A DNA stretch of 63,998 nt, filler included, from Octopus bimaculoides (taxonomy: Eukaryota), in assembly GCF_001194135.2 (NCBI RefSeq). It is 7 parts of 6 records of this genome, joined end to end, with 100 filler letters (N's around TTAATTAATTAA, not from the genome) between each part and the next. Parts side by side here need not be neighbours in the genome. Positions count along the whole stretch, not along the records: positions 62,248 to 63,998 come from NC_068984.1; 6 more parts are not named here. The stretch is one strand, 5' to 3'. The notes below the pieces were generated by a model, which was not told where the DNA came from, searched no databases, and worked only from the letters and a program-made list of their open reading frames with translations. The position numbers and the translations under genes were made by a program. This document shows, in pieces, positions 62,247 through 63,998 of this stretch (position 1 is the first letter of the stretch; the number at the start of each line of letters is the position of its first letter).

Positions 62247-63998
62247 NGAACTGTGCAGAGGGAGACCGAAAGTACGCATGTACGTTCGAATTGCGCTCGA
62301 ACGGTGCAGAGGGTCGCTGAACGGACGCACGTACGTTCGAATTCAGCTCAAACGGTGCAGAATGAGGACGAACGGACGCAAGTACGTTCGAATTCAGCTC
62401 GAACGGTTTAGATGGAGGCCGAATGGATACAAGTACGTTTGAATGAATTGCGCTCGAATGGTGCAGAGGGTCGCCGAACGGACACACGTACGTTCGTATT
62501 GCTCTCGATCGGTGAGGAGGGAGGCCGAAATGACGCACGTACGTTCGGATTGCGCTCGAACGGTGCAGAGGGAGCCGAACAAACGCACGTACGTTCGAAC
62601 TGCGCTCGAACGGTGCAGAGGGAGGCCGAACAAACGCACGTACGTTCGAATTCCGCTCGAACGGTGCAGAGAGAAGCCTAACGGACGAAAGTACTTTCGA
62701 ATTCCGCTCAAACGGTGCAGAGGGAGGCCGAACGGACGCACGTACGTTCGAATCCGCTCGAACTGTTCAGAGGGAGGCCGAACACACGTACGTNNNNNNN
62801 NNNNNNNNNNNNNNNNNNNNNNNNNNNNNNNNNNNNNNNNNNNNNNNNNNNNNNNNNNNNNNNNNNNNNNNNNNNNNNNNNNNNNNNNNNNNNNNNNNNN
62901 NNNNNNNNNNNNNNNNNNNNNNNNNNNNNNNNNNNNNNNNNNNNNNNNNNNNNNNNNNNNNNNNNNNNNNNNNNNNNNNNNNNNNNNNNNNNNNNNNNNN
63001 NNNNNNNNNNNNNNNNNNNNNNNNNNNNNNNNNNNNNNNNNNNNNNNNNNNNNNNNNNNNNNNNNNNNNNNNNNNNNNNNNNNNNNNNNNNNNNCGAACG
63101 GACGCACGAACGTTTGAACTCGACTCGAACGGTGCAGAATGAGGACAAACGGACACGTACGTACGTTCAAATTCAGCTCGAACGGTGCACAGGGAGGCCA
63201 AACGGACGCACGTACGTTCGAATTGCGCTCGAACGGAGTAGAAGGAGGCCGAACGGACGCATGCACGTTCGAACTGCGCTCGAACGGTGCTGAGGGAGGC
63301 CGAACAAACGCACGTACGTTCGAACTGCGCTCGAACGGTGCAGAGGGAGGCCGAACAAACGCACGTACGTTCGAACTGCGCTCGAACGGTGCAGAGGGAG
63401 GCCGAACAAACGCACGTACGTTCGAACTGCGCTCGAACGGTGCAGAGGGAGGCCGAACAAACGCACGTACGTTCGAACTGCGCTCGAACGGGGCAGAGGG
63501 AGGCCGAACAAACGCACGTACGTTCGAATTCCGCTCGAACGGTGCTGAGAGAAGCCTAACGGACGAAAGTACTTTCGAATTCCGCTCAAACGGTGCAGAG
63601 GGAGGCCGAACGGACGCACGTACGTTCATATTGCGCTCGAACTGTGAGGAGAAAGGCCGAAGGGACGCACGTACGTTCGAATTCCGCTCGAATGGTGCAG
63701 AGAGAAGCCTAACGGACGCACGTACGTACGAATTCCGCTCGAACGGTGCAGAGAGAATCCTAACGGACGCAAGTACTTTCGAATTCCCCTCGAACGATGC
63801 AGAGGAACGCCGAACGGACGCACGTACTTTCGAAATCCGCTGGAACGGAGCAGAGGAATGCCGAACGGACGAACGTACATTCGAATTTCGCTCGAAAGGT
63901 GCAGAGGGAGGCCGAACGGACGCACGTACGTTCCAATTCTGCGCGAAAGGTGCGGAAGGAGGCCGAAAGGACGCACGTACGTTCGAATTCCGCTCGAA
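62247..63998. repeat. CpG-rich 51-bp satellite running off the window end
   Basis: Unit CGAACGGTGCAGAGGGAGGCCGAACAAACGCACGTACGTTCGAACTGCGCT. Near-identical run at about 63290-63500 plus diverged variants. Confidence 0.95.

Noticed and set aside
62394-63629. 411-aa and other repetitive ORFs in the terminal satellite
   Set aside because: The unit length of 51 is divisible by 3 and the sequence is GC-rich, so frames stay open on both strands. There is no unique coding flank or splice context.

Overview
Eukaryotic, AT-rich, gap-ridden draft-assembly window that is almost entirely intergenic or intronic. The microsatellite density and the tRNA-derived SINE families look like those of an octopod cephalopod (probably Octopus); this is inference from recall, not a database result. 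No host protein-coding gene, rRNA, true tRNA or CRISPR array can be supported. Nearly all long ORFs in the track are artefacts of microsatellites, satellites or N-runs. The window holds many copies of three tRNA-headed SINE families and seven decayed R4/Dong-clade non-LTR fragments, most with junctions in microsatellites. It also holds HERO-like, L1/Tx1-like and CR1/L2-group LINE fragments, four Tc1/mariner remnants (one DD37D/maT), a MITE, a 23/24-bp minisatellite and a CpG-rich 51-bp satellite. The most interesting signal is a set of minimal type I hammerhead-ribozyme motifs with palindromic helix III. One lies in a 217-bp tandem unit, two form a head-to-head inverted pair and several more are dispersed. 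This architecture is typical of Penelope-like element termini or non-LTR retrozymes. Three related copies share a U4-to-C core variant. A second notable signal is a 3' tail shared between one SINE family and an adjacent LINE. Element boundaries were read by eye and are approximate.
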